From Octopus vulgaris (taxonomy: Eukaryota): a DNA stretch of 64,000 bases. The position numbers were made by a program, and so were the translations under genes. The notes beneath the pieces were generated by a model. That model was given only the letters and a program-made list of their open reading frames with translations, did not search any database and was not told where the DNA came from. Location: contig OX597834.1 in NCBI GenBank assembly GCA_951406725.2, positions 33,356,001-33,420,000 of the forward strand. Reading direction: 5' to 3'. Below are positions 1 through 12,286 of this stretch, one piece after another (positions within the stretch are counted from its first letter, which is position 1; every line of letters starts with the position of its first letter).

Positions 1-134
1 CATTACCTTCTGCCGGAGCCGTGTGGAGCTTAGGTGTTTCACTCATAAACACACACATCGCCTGATCTGAGATTCAAACCCACGATCCCTCGACTGCGAA
101 TCCACTGCTCTAACAACTAAGCCATGTGCCTCCA
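1..134 (-). mobile_element. tRNA-derived SINE 5' part (head H1), cut by window edge
   Basis: Minus strand GTGGAGGCACATGGCTTAGTTGTTAGAGC (A-box) ... GGTTTGAATCTC (B-box); same head and body as the 3554-3925 copy. Confidence 0.75.
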
Positions 135-1562
135 CACATATGTACATACATACATACATACATACATACATACATACATACATACATACATACATACATA
201 CTACAAACTACATTCCATCATATCTTCCAATTTTTCAATATCAGTAACGAATAATAACAGCCAAGACAATATCATAGGTCGTTTTTTTATGCTGTGCTAC
301 AATGAAAGCTTGTTATCGAACATTTAAAAAAGTACAAACTACTTTTCCATTTGAATCAAAGTAAATAAATAAATTAATTAATTAATAAATAATTAATTTT
401 TTTAGATTACATAGAACATATGATTAACATCTACACTTTTGAAAATGTATTTCTGCCAAATTTCATTTAAATATAAGCTGTAATAAGAAAGTTATAAAGA
501 AAGAAAAACAATGGGGCACTAAACTGTAGTTATGACAAGAAAATAAGGGCACTAAGAATAAAGAAAAACATCCAGTGAAATTGAATAAGGGTTAGGAAAA
601 ATGATTACAAAATTGGGAATTTGATAACTCAATGGATTGTTGAAATACGTACATGCATACACACACACATACTTCATACTGTATACATACATGAATATAT
701 GTACGTACTCATATACATATATATATATATATATGTGTATGTATGCACTCATATACATATATACTTCCTTCATACTATGTATATATACAAACTAGATGCA
801 AACATGTATATATGCATATATACACACACATATATATATACTACATGCATCCTTATTACATACATACATACAGATATGCATGCATACATACAATCATACA
901 TACAGATACATACTCACAGATATACATATACATACATACTACATACATAAACACACTCATACCATATACACACACTATACACACACACACACCATACATG
1001 CATTCATACTACATGCATTCATATTACATACGTATACACAATCATACATAAATGCACATTCGTATACACACATACACACGTACATATACACATACACACA
1101 CACACACATGCATACAGCTCAACCAACACACCAGTTCAACCACACACACACACACACACACACACAAATACACACACATATATATACAAACACTGAGAAT
1201 TCTCTTTACTTAAAAAGTCATGTTACTTTGTTCATGACCAGATTGAACTCTCTTAAAGGAACTTAAAAATAAAACTCAGGAAAAAAAAACACACGTACAT
1301 ACATACATATATATATACATACATACATATATATATATACATGCATACATACAGACACTAAGGGCAATCCCAGATGCCATAAATAATTGTTACCAAATAT
1401 AAAAACAAAATGATACACAATTCATTATAAAAATGCTAATATAGTGCACAGAAGTCATTGTATAGTACGTATGTATGTATGTATGTATGTATGTATGTAT
1501 ACAAATACATGCACACTCACACACATGTATCATGTGTACTGATATATATACATATATATATA

Positions 1563-1796
1563 TCTTTACTGCCCACAAGGGGCTAAACATAGAGGGGACA
1601 AACATGGACAAACAAACGGATTAAGTCGATTATATTGACCCCAGTGCGTAACTGGTACTTAATTTATCGACCCCGAAAGGATGAAAGGCAAAGTCGACCT
1701 TGGCGGAATTTGAACTCAGAACGTAATGGCAGACGATATACAGCTCGGCTTCGCATTTCGCCCGGCGTGCTAACGTTTCTGCCAGCTTGCCGCCTT
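1563..1796 (-). mobile_element. SINE family B (tRNA-like head, GCCTTTCATCCTTTCGGGGTCGATAAATTAAGTACCAG core, tail 1)
   Basis: Near-identical to 32533-32767 and 36892-37122; core resembles the Meta-type central SINE domain (from memory, unverified). Confidence 0.85.
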
Positions 1797-1808
1797 CATA
1801 TGTGTGTT

Positions 1809-1844
<36 letters not shown>

Positions 1845-2090
1845 AATACACATACACACATACATACATGCATACACACACATACATACACAAGCATACA
1901 TACATACACACACATACATACATACACATACATACGTGCACACACACACACATACATATGTATACACATGCATACATACATACATATCATCATCATCATC
2001 ATTTGACGTCCATGTCCCATATTCAATACCAGCCCGGAACATGGTTAGTTTGGCAGGATCCAATGTGACTAGGGACTACATATATATATT

Positions 2091-2125
<35 letters not shown>

Positions 2126-2129
<4 letters not shown>

Positions 2130-2312
2130 TAGGGGTGGTGGCGATCCCTGCTATACTCTTTCACCACAACTTTCTCTCACCCTTTCTTCTGTTGGCCTGC
2201 ATGCTTAGCCAGCGGGGTGGCATCATTTGAAAGCTAAAACAATGCGAAGTACATTGTGACCAGCGATGTGTAGCAACATCTGATAGCCTAGTCGGTCACC
2301 GTGATCACAGTG
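2126..2312 (+). mobile_element. SINE 3' fragment (middle M1 + tail T2)
   Basis: GGCGATCCCTGCTATACTCTTTCACCACAAC shared with 3760-3810; tail GCTTAGCCAGCGGGGTGGC...GCGATGTGT shared with 62035-62120. Confidence 0.7.
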
Positions 2313-2466
2313 ATATATATATATATATATATATATAGATGGATAGATAGATTCAGATTAATATGGTACTTAAGTTGAGGCACCAGAATTTAGTACGGTA
2401 TTATCCATACAATTTCAAAGTAAGGTGATTAAAATCAAAATAAACAACAAGGATATCCAGAGGTAA

Positions 2467-2553
2467 TGCAGTACAATTGTTTCATGCAACTCCATTTAAT
2501 TGAACAATGCAATCATTACATCAATTTAAAATGCAGAGCAATCCTCAGTTGCA
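2467..2553 (-). ncRNA. degenerate type I hammerhead ribozyme in probable Penelope-like terminal repeat
   Basis: Minus: TGCAA-CTGAGGA-[long stem II]-GAAA-CAATTG-TA-CTGCA; palindromic stem III ACAATTGT, GUA triplet; one mismatch each at the base of stems I and II. Confidence 0.6.
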
Positions 2554-3553
2554 CAAAGACATAGAATTTTATTAAATTAGAACAGATGGACACATTAGTA
2601 TAATTATACCTAAAATCTCCAAGATGTTAAGGAGAAAGACAAAGAACATGCTGTTCTTACTCCTGCAGAGAAGTTACTAAGCTTTCCAAGAAGATATACA
2701 TTGTTACAGACCCTACCTTTCACTGATTTTTTGTTTTTATGGGGTCAGTTTTAATTTATAGACTAGTTTATCAAATCGTTGTATATCTAAGGCTGAGAGA
2801 ACAGAGGGCAGTATCTGTTAGGGGTAGGGCTGAAATTCTGTTGCATAAAAAGGCTATTACTGATCACTTTAGAAATATATCGCTTCCTAGTTGCAATCAA
2901 TGAATTTTGTTGGGGGGGGGGGGCATAAACCCGATGATAATTAATAAAACCTATCAAATGTTTATTTCACAGCAAAAATACTGAAAAACAAAAAAAAAAA
3001 GGTGCCTATCGAGAAACATTTTCAGCAAAAACTCTTCATTCAGAAGATAAGAATAATTATTTGAAAAAACTTGTAATTTCATTGAGTGGAAGTTAATTAC
3101 ACATCTGGCCACCATCCCTCGACCCCAACCCCCCTCAATAAAGGATGTGCTCTATTATTTCTATTATACTATATGTAAACATTGTGAGTCCCGCTGTGGA
3201 GACTGACAGTCTAGGTCCTTCATTACTTGTTCTCATTAACTTAGGCGTTAACCCATAACAATATTCACACCAAGTCCTTCCATGTTTACATATACATAAT
3301 AAATTATACCATATGCTGTTTGATGAGAGCTTTAATTAACATATCTAAATAACTAATTAAACCCACATACCCTGTGTTATTACACACCAATCTTAATTAG
3401 TTTTTTAAAAAAATAATAATAAAATTCCAGGCTTGATCAGATAAGTACCACTTGTTGTTGCTGTTGTTGTTGTTGAAGTCACCTCTTATTGAGCAGACCC
3501 ATGATCAAAAGCGTTCTGGCTTGGACGATCCCATCTTCCTACAACTATCTAAA

Positions 3554-3925
3554 CGGAAGCACTCCGTCGGTTACGACGACGAGGGTTCCAGTTGATCCGA
3601 ATCAACGGAACAGTCTGCTCGTGAAATTAACATGTAAGTGGCTGAGCACTCCACAGACACGTGTACCCTTAACGTAGTTCTCGGGGATATTCAGCGTGAC
3701 ACAGAGAGTGACAAGGCCGGCCCTTTGAAATACAGGTACAACAGAAACAGGAAGTAAGAGTGAGAGAAAGTTGTGGTGAAAGAGTACAGCAGGGATCACC
3801 ACCATCCCCTGCCGGAGCCTCATGGAGCTTTAGGTGTTTTCGCTCAATAAACACTCACAACGCCCGGTCTGGGAATCAAAACCGCGAGTCCGCTGCCCTA
3901 ACCACTGGGCCATTGCGCCTCCACG
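3554..3925 (-). mobile_element. full-length SINE (head H1 + M1 + tail T1) with 10-bp TSD
   Basis: A-box TGGCCCAGTGG, B-box-like GGTTTTGATTCCC; ACTATCTAAA duplicated at 3544-3553 and 3926-3935; tail shared with 42621-42800 and 50010-50165. Confidence 0.85.
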
Positions 3926-4194
3926 ACTATCTAAAAATATACTATGCCAATGTGTTCTTGTCTTTTACAACACAGTAATGTGTAATTTGAGGGCGATTCA
4001 CCTACTATTTCATATTGCAGGTTTAGTGACCATGTAAAGGTGGTTTGATATAACTGCCTCACCTCCACCTACAAACACACACACACATGGGCTGATCAAA
4101 TAAGTCATATTTGTTGTTGGTGGTGTTTAGCTCTTATCCAGAAGACCTGTGGTCAAAATGTTCCAGCTAGGATTATCATTATCACTGGCTCCTA

Positions 4195-4392
4195 TACTGG
4201 TGGCACATAAAAAGCACCCACTACACTCTCAGAGTGGTTTCTGTTAGGAAGAGCATCTGGCTGTCGAAACCTTGCCAGATCAGACTGGAGCCTAGTGCAG
4301 CTGACTGGCTTGCCAGTCCTCAGTCAAACCGTCCAACCCATGTCAGCATGGAAAATGGACATTAAACGATGATGATGATGATGATGATGATA
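4195..4392 (+). mobile_element. 3' terminal fragment of RTE-associated repeat with (GAT)n tail
   Basis: Matches 7960-8150 and 15260-15430 (AAGCACCCACTACACTC...CCGTCCAACCCATG.CAGCATGGAAAA.GGAC..TAAACGATGATG). Confidence 0.75.
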
Positions 4393-4849
4393 TATATATA
4401 TATGTGTGTATAAGGCGGCGAGCTGGCAGAAATGTTAGCACGCGGGGCGAAATGCGTAGCCGTATTTCATCTGCCGTTACGTTCTGAGTTCAAATTCACA
4501 CATGTGTGTGTATGTGTATGTGTGTGTGCATGTGTGTGTGTGTGTGTATACAATAATTTTATATGCAGGCATATGCCTTGTAGTATACAGTTTAAAGCCC
4601 ATCCACAGTATTTGGCTACCTGATGTCATCAACTGTATGGGTGTATATGCCACTGGATTAACTTCAGGAATTTCTTTGTGTTCATAGAGTTTATAGAAAT
4701 ATGAGAGAAAGAAAAAGGGATTCACAAGACTCTTTATTATTCACTACAACCGTTTCAACCCATCTATGTACAAAAGAAAGTCTGAAATGTATTGGAATGA
4801 TGTATTTCATCAGGTTGCCTGGCAAATACAGCTCTGTGCACAAAAATGC

Positions 4850-5230
4850 AAACATACGCACACACATAAGCAGACAGCTCTACTCTCACATAGACAATTG
4901 TACACTCATAGACACAGACATACACACACACATACACACACACACACACATACACATGCACACATACACGCGCACACATACACACACACATGCATGTGCA
5001 CACATACACGTACATATGCAAACATACGCACACACATATGCAGACAGCTCTACTCTCACACATATAGACAATTGTACATTCATGGACACAGAAATAGACA
5101 TACATGCACACATACACACATGCATACATTTGCATACATACACATACATATGCACGCACATATGCAGACAGCTCTACTCTCACGCATAGACAACTGTACA
5201 TTCATAGACAGACATACACACACATAAATG
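4850..5230. repeat. three imperfect copies of a CA-rich unit anchored on GCAGACAGCTCTACTCTCAC...GACAA(T/C)TGTACA
   Basis: Motif recurs at about 4870, 5040 and 5163. Confidence 0.75.
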
Positions 5231-6022
5231 CACACATACACACACACGTGCATGCTCACACATACACATGCGCATGCATGTACACACATACACATACGCA
5301 TGCATGCACACACATACAAAAACCCTCACACCTATACAGACACAAATACACACACACACACATAGCACACACACAAACAGTTCTACCAACACACAAACAA
5401 TTCTACACCCACGCATATGCAATCATACATGCACAGGCAAACACACACGCACACGCATGTGCATGCACACACACACATGCACACACACACTCACACACAC
5501 ACACACATAGGTGTAGATCGGTGACCAGTTCAGTGTTGACAGCAAATGAATGCAAGACAAAGGAACTTATAGCAGGACATTGCTAATGACAGCAGTTATG
5601 TGGGTGACGCCAATTAAGTGTTAATTAGCCTTCAACAATTGCCAAATTAACTAAGCTAATTAGCACTATTACCACCACTATAACTACTAGTAAGACTAAC
5701 ACCTACTACTACTACCACTACTACTACTACTGCTATTGTTTTTTGAGTGGAAGGAAGTCTGTATGCTGTTGCATGACCTGCAAGAAACTGCAGCCGAATC
5801 TCCCTCAAATCACAACCTGCCTACAGTTTTTGAGAAGGACGTACTGTGTAATGTGGGTGATGGATTCTCCCCAGCACAGTGGAGAGAAAAAAAACGGGAT
5901 GGCCATGGCTGGAATGCTTTTAATCGTAGGTCTTTTTTTTTTTGCAATGGGGCTGGCTGGTGAGTGGAAATGGAGTAAAGGGGTTTAAATTACTACTACT
6001 ACCACCACCATCACTACCGCCA

Positions 6023-6148
6023 CTACTGCCAACCCCTTCCACCACCACTACTGCTGCTACTACTACTACTACTTCTACAACCACCACCACCATTTCCACT
6101 ACCACTACCTCCATTACTATTACAACTACTGCTGCTGCCACTGCTACC

Positions 6149-6188
<40 letters not shown>

Positions 6189-6230
6189 TTACTACTACTA
6201 CTACAACCACCACCACCACCACCACCACCA

Positions 6231-6274
<44 letters not shown>

Positions 6275-6520
6275 GCTACTACCACTACTACTACAACCGC
6301 TACTACTACTACTAGTACAATCGTTAATGTTGCTGTTGTTGCTTTCATATTGTGGTGCCATACTAGATCCTTTCCATGGGGGAAGGATGTTGGCAGTGGT
6401 GGAGGGATCAAGATGTGCTCCCTAACAGATAAACATATTAACCAAAACAGTATTACATAATCATGCCTCGTCCTTTCAGGGATCTCTCTTGACGTTGACC
6501 CTTTCTCCACACCGCAATTT
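6023..6520 (-). other. candidate exon or unique island (acceptor TTTTCAG at 6521) running into a Ser/Gly low-complexity tract
   Basis: TGATTTTCAG|AAATTG acceptor; non-repetitive 6330-6520; one frame reads GAHLDPSTTANILPPWKGSSMAPQYESNNSNINDCTSSS; no homology recognised. Confidence 0.25.
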
Positions 6521-7069
6521 CTGAAAATCAATTTACAAAATAAACCTTATTATCTAAGAACGTGGGGAGGCAGTAAGTTGACGGAATCATTAGAACACAG
6601 GACAAAATAATGCTTCGTGGCATTTCGTGTGTCTTTACGTTCTGAGTTCAAATTCTGCCAAGGTCAGCTTTGACTTTCATCTGTTTGGGGTCAATGGGGC
6701 TGGCTGGTGAGTGGAAACTGGAGTGCAAAGGTTTAAATTACCTACTACTACCAAAATCAAGGCTACTGTGCCACTTTTGTAAAAGGGATTCATCATCACT
6801 ACTGCTGCTACTACTACTACTACTTCATCATCAACATCATCATCATCATCAACATCATTATCATCATCATGATTATTATTTAAAGGCAGCAAGCTGGCAG
6901 AATCGTGAGCACGCTGGGCAAATTGCTTAGCGGTATTTCGTCCGTTTTTACGTTCTGAGTTCAAATCCCGCTGAGGTCGACTTTGCCTTTCATCCTTTCG
7001 GGGTCAGCATGGAAAATGGATGTTAAACGATGATGATGATGATGATGATGATGATGGTGATGGTGATGG

Positions 7070-7100
<31 letters not shown>

Positions 7101-7373
7101 GGTGGTGGTGGTGGTGGTGGTGATATTGATGATGATGATGATGATGAAGATGAGATATTTCAAAATGTGCTTGTTGCTGTTGTTGCCATCTAGACCTCGG
7201 GCAGCCCTGACTTAGATTGGCCTACGATCAATGGGCCTCACCTGGTGGCAAAAGAACAAGAACAACAACAGCAGCATATTTTGTCAGTTGTAGCCTGACT
7301 TGCCAAATCTTGCTCAGATCCTACCCTGCTGTTCTCAATCATAAAACAAAAACGGAAGAATATATTGCATAAT

Positions 7374-8152
7374 GTGCCACACCCTAGCGGTTGAGGGAAC
7401 CTGTGGAAGAGGCAGACCCAGGAAAACCTGGGACGAGGTGGTGAAGCACGACCTTCGAACTTTAGGTCTCACTGAGGAAATGACTAGAGACCGAGACCTC
7501 TGGAAGTGTGCTGTGCGCGAGAAGACCCGGCAGGACAAGTGAGTCCATAACCCATGGCCTTCTACATGGGATGGAGCCGGCCTACGTATGCATACCTTCC
7601 CTTCTTGGGACACAAAACTCTACTTGTGAAGACGTGTTGAGGCAAGTGAGGATCAGAATCGAAATCGATCAATGGAAATTGCGGATGTGCTACCAGTGCC
7701 GGTGGCATGTCAAAACTCTGCTTGTGAAGACCCGTTGAGGCAAGTGAGAATCAGAATCGAAATCGATCAATGGAAATCGATCAATGGAAATTGCAGATGT
7801 GTTACCAGTGCCGGTGGCATGTAAGAGAACTTTCCGTTTCGCGACCGTTGCCAGCACCGCCCCGTTTCGTGTCCGTTGCCAGCCTCGCCTGGCCCTCGTG
7901 CCGGTGGCACATAAAAAGCACCATCCGTTCGTGGCCGTTTGCCAGCTCTGTCTGGCACCAGTGCGGGTGGCACGTAAAAAGCACCCACTACACTCACGGA
8001 GTGGTTGGCGTTAGGAAGGGCATCCAGCCGTAGAAACACTGCCAGATTTGACTGGGCCTGATGAAGCCTTCTGGCTTCACAGACCCCAGTAGAACCGTCC
8101 AACCCATGCTAGCATGGAAAACGGACGCTAAACGATGATGATGATGATGATG
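7374..8152 (+). mobile_element. RTE-clade LINE 3' end (ORF C-terminus + 3' UTR + (GAT)n tail)
   Basis: VEGTCGRGRPRKTWDEVVKHDLRTLGLTEEMTRDRDLWKCAVREKTRQDK* (stop 7540-7542), the GRPRKTW...DR..W motif of RTE; internal ~100-bp duplication 7613-7821. Confidence 0.9.
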
Positions 8153-8194
8153 AATGTGATCCTAAATACATTGTTCGAGATGTAGAGATGGACA

Positions 8195-8539
8195 ACATGG
8201 CTGTGTGGTAAGAAGTTTGCTTCCCAACCACATGATTCCAGGTTCAGTCTCACAGTGTGGCACTTTGGGCAGGTATTTTCTATTATATATTTCTTTATTG
8301 GATCAACCAAAGCCTTGTGGACAAACAGATTTGGACAGACAGAGGGATATAAGTCGATTACATCCAGTTATATGTGTGTGCTTGTGTTTTGTGTGTGCAT
8401 GTGATGAATGTGTGTCGTATTTTGTGTTTGTACTCTACTTCTGCCTGACAACTGGTGTTGGTGATGTTGGTGAACATTATTATTATTATTATTATTGTTA
8501 TTATTATTATTATTATGATTATTATCATTATTATTATCA

Positions 8540-8606
<67 letters not shown>

Positions 8607-8750
8607 GAAACTTAGCAGTTTGGCAAAAGAAGCCGATAGAATAAGTACCGGGCTTAAAAAAAAAAAGTACGGTGGGGGAGGTCAATTCGTTCAACCGAAA
8701 TTCTTCAAGTTGGTGCTTCAGCATGGCCACAGTCTAATAACCGAATAAGT
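8195..8750 (+). mobile_element. degenerate SINE family A with (TAT)n expansion
   Basis: TGGCTGTGTGGTAAGAAG...GGTTCAGTCTC head and GGTGCTTCAGCATGGCCACAGTC tail. Confidence 0.75.
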
Positions 8751-9222
8751 TCTTCGATTTTCAAGGAGCTGCCAAGAAGGTAGACCTTTATCAGCTTAAG
8801 TGACCCTATAAGTCAACGTAGTTAAACAACACATGTTTATCTCCAAATATTCATAATTACTGGTTTAGGATTATTGCAACCAACACAACCGCAACCACCG
8901 CCACTATTACCACAACAACAACAACAACAATTAGTAGGACTAACCCCTACCACCACCACCACCACTGCACTACAGGAATGAGACAATTGGGTGCAGCTGC
9001 TTGGATGCAGACAATTTGGCACATCTGAGTGAACATTCAACTTGTTTTGGTTGCAGTGCGTCTTGGTGCTCCAGGGCAAACACACACATTCACACACACA
9101 TGTGTGTGTACAGAAACACACACATATAGAATTGAGGAAGTGATAGAGAGAGAGAGATAGAGAGAGAGAGAGAAACATTAGACATGCATAAAAACATAAT
9201 TAGATGCTCACAGAGAGAGAGA

Positions 9223-9279
<57 letters not shown>

Positions 9280-9419
9280 GGAAACGGGAGGGAGAGGATG
9301 AGAGAAGCATTAAACGTATCCAATGTCAAATAATTCAATGTTGAATCTGCGGCACTAAAATGGCTGAGCCAAAACAGCCCATACTTTGCTACTTAAATCA
9401 ATGAGTAATTCCCCGTCTA

Positions 9420-10050
9420 AGGGGAAAGTAATAATTTTTTAGTACAAAACCCTTTGAAAAAGGTTGAATAAAAGGATTTTCCAGTCAAATTTGACATTTT
9501 AGACGTCAACCTTGTCAACGTTTCAAAGTTATCGTCATCATAGTCAAATCTGTTATATTCAGTTTCAATCACATTGTTCTCATCACATTTCATTTCATGT
9601 TTTTCTACTTATTCCTGGCAAGGTTGTTGGGGGTTAGAGTCCTCAAGCACGCCTTCCATTGGGTTCTATCAGAAGCAGTCATCTCTGATTGATCTGGTTA
9701 GATACCCAAGCAAGACCAACTGAGTTCATGGATGTTTTATTTAAGAGAAAAGTAACAATTTTTAATTGCAAAACTTCAAAAAAAAAAAAAATAATAACAG
9801 TTGAATAAAAAGATTTTGCCATCAAATTTAACATTTTAGACCTCGTCTTTGTCAACATCTCAAAGTCAACATTAGTATGCTCAATTCTTTAATCTTCAAT
9901 CTCAATCACATCATTCTCATCTCATCTCATCTTCTTCACCCACTTGTTCCTGGGAGAGTCATGGGCCAAGAATCCTTAAGCAAGAGTTCTTAAGAGTCAT
10001 GGGGGTAAGGTCCTGTCTGTGGCAACCATCTCCAATAGATCCAGCTAATC
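9420..10050. repeat. old ~320-bp tandem duplication, each unit ending in a decayed RTE-like 3' end (minus)
   Basis: GTTGAATAAAA.GATTTT..., ACATTTTAGAC, CTTGTCAAC, TCAATCACAT..TTCTCATC repeated at 9460-9600 and 9800-9940; minus frame ...SDRTQWKACLRTL. Confidence 0.55.
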
Positions 10051-11039
10051 TGTCGTTTTTTTAAGAAGTAGATTTGAGAGAATTTGGTTGCTATTTCTAG
10101 CAGCTCCAGTAGCCACAGATCCTGTTATGTCAAATTATCTTATTGATGATACTGTTGTTGTTGGTTGTTGTTATTTAGCCCAAGGTCAAACCTGATTAAA
10201 CAGAACTATAATTAAAAGCATTCCAATGGTGACCATCCTGTCTCTTTTCTGTGTGCTGGAAATCCAAAACCACATTATCTAATATATCCGTTTACTTTTT
10301 AAACAGTAGTGTGAACTTTGAGGGCAATTTGACTATTATTTATAGCAGGTGGAGCAAATTGCACAGAGGCCTCTTATGTTGGAGGTGATGGTACAACTGT
10401 TTATGGTGTTGGTGGCACAGACGGGAGTGGGGGGGTATTCATGTTATTGGAGAAGTATTGGTGTTGCAAGTGGTGGTGGTGGAGATGGCAGGAGCATCAG
10501 TGGTGTTGATGGAAGGGGTGGTGGTGATGGCAGGGACACTGGTGGTGGTGGTGGTGGTGCTGCTGCTGGTTGTGATGGTAGTGGTGGTATTAGAGAGGAG
10601 GGAACAGGAGTACTGGTGCTGATAGTGGTATTACAGGCAGAAGTGGTGGTGGTGGTGATGGTGGTAACAGTAGTGGTTGTGGTGATGGTTGTGATTGTGG
10701 TGGTCATGATGGTTGTTGCTGTTTTAGTGGTGGTGGTTGCGATTGTAGTTGTTGTTGCTTTGGTGGTGGTGGTGGTGGTGGTGGTAGTGGGATGATGATA
10801 ATATTCATAACAGGTGGGTCAGTGGTAATAGTTGAGGTAACAGTGATAGCATTAGCAATGGTAGTGATGATGGTGATGGTAGTTGTGGTGGTGGTGGTGG
10901 TGGTGGTACCACAGAATATCCATTTCCATTGTCAAAATAAACAAGTTAGCTCATGTCAAAAATGTTGACAGCACCAACTTAATGAGGCAACCCTCTTACT
11001 ATATTCTATTAATTATTATTATTATTATTATTATTATTA

Positions 11040-11072
<33 letters not shown>

Positions 11073-11074
11073 TA

Positions 11075-11290
11075 AAGGCAGTGAGATGGCAGAACCATTA
11101 GCATGCCAGGCGAGACACTTAGTGGTACTTTGTCTGTTTTCACATTCTGAGTTCAAATGTTGCTAGAGTCGACTTTGCATTTCATCTTTTCGGGGTCGAT
11201 AAATTAAGTACCAGTGAGACACTGGGGTTGATGAAATCAACTTAGTCCCCCACTCCAAATTTCAGGCCTTGTGCCTATAGTAGAAAGGAT
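11075..11290 (+). mobile_element. SINE family B, tail 2 variant ending in (ATT)n
   Basis: Same core as family B; tail CAAATTTCAGGCCTTGTGCCTATAGTAGAAAGGATT also at 53965-54000 (minus). Confidence 0.8.
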
Positions 11291-11334
11291 TATTATTATT
11301 ATCATTATTGTTATTATTATTATTATTATTATTA

Positions 11335-11401
<67 letters not shown>

Positions 11402-11449
11402 CATCATCATTATCATTATTATCATTATTATTGTTATCATTATCGTCAT

Positions 11450-11840
11450 GAAGATTGCCCCACCACGTTCCTTTGGTTGAGAAGGGCAAGTAGTGTTTCT
11501 TTGTCTGGTGGCTTTCGTGAAAGAGGTTGTGTGGTGGTCCAGGTTGAAAGGGCTAAAGACAGACGCTTTCCTCTTTGGCCAAACCCTCATCAACTTTTTG
11601 AAGAGGAAAGTGAGAGTAGAAGGGAACATGATACCTCCCTGCAATTTTGTTAAAAGGTGGGTGAATGGAGTGCAAATGGTTCTAAGCATGTGCCTCTAGA
11701 TCAAGGTAGATGAAGTGGAGAGGGCACTTGCCCTAGAGGTCAAGGCAATTGTTGGTTTTGTGGGGTTTCCACGAGCAGCCCTTGGAAGTCTCCCTCATTT
11801 GAAGATTTTATTGTTATAATTTTATTGTTATTCTGTCTTT
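11450..11840 (+). mobile_element. L1/Tx1-like LINE ORF2 C-terminal fragment
   Basis: FLCLVAFVKEVVWWSRLKGLKTDAFLFGQTLINFLKRKVRVE...FVKRWV resembles the K..IW..R...F...W end of Tx1 ORF2. Confidence 0.55.
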
Positions 11841-11841
11841 T

Positions 11842-12125
11842 GTGAAGGTGCATGGCTCAGTGGTTAGAGCATTAGGTTCACAATCATGAGATAGTGAGTT
11901 CGATTCCTGCATTGGGCTGTGTATTGTGTTCTTGAGCAAGACACTTTATTTTTGTTATTGTTCAAGTTCACTCAGCTGCAGAAATAGATTGTGCCATCAC
12001 TGGTGCCTCACTTTATTGGCCTTCATCTTTCCCTTGGATAATATTGGTGGGGTTGAGAGGAGGGTGCTGGTATGGGCAACCACTGGTCTTCCATAAACAG
12101 CCTTGCCCAGACTTGTGCCTTCCAC
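11842..12125 (+). mobile_element. tRNA-derived SINE (head H2, CORE/V-like body, tail T3)
   Basis: TGGCTCAGTGGTTAGAGC A-box, GAGTTCGATTCC B-box, GTGTTCTTGAGCAAGACACTTTA body shared with 42840-42940. Confidence 0.75.
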
Positions 12126-12286
12126 CCTCCCATCTGTCTTGAAGGCCTTGAAATGGATGATGGGGTACTGTCTTCTTATCAAACTAAAAGATTAAAAGAA
12201 AACATACAGACAATTATAGCAAACACATGTATATAAGCAACCTTGTGTGCAATTCACATACTTTGCATTCCCCCTGTTATGGCCTC

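Noticed and set aside
5920-6460. Poly-Thr / poly-Val mucin-like ORFs
   Set aside because: (ACT/ACC)n trinucleotide tract with no supporting domain; only the unique flank is kept as a weak exon candidate
8058-8082. CTGATGA-AGCC/GGCT hammerhead-like start
   Set aside because: Followed by TCAC rather than GAAA; a simple hairpin in the RTE 3' UTR
11842-11910. tRNA gene (also at other SINE heads)
   Set aside because: A/B boxes are present but there is no complete cloverleaf, and the sequence continues into a multi-copy SINE body
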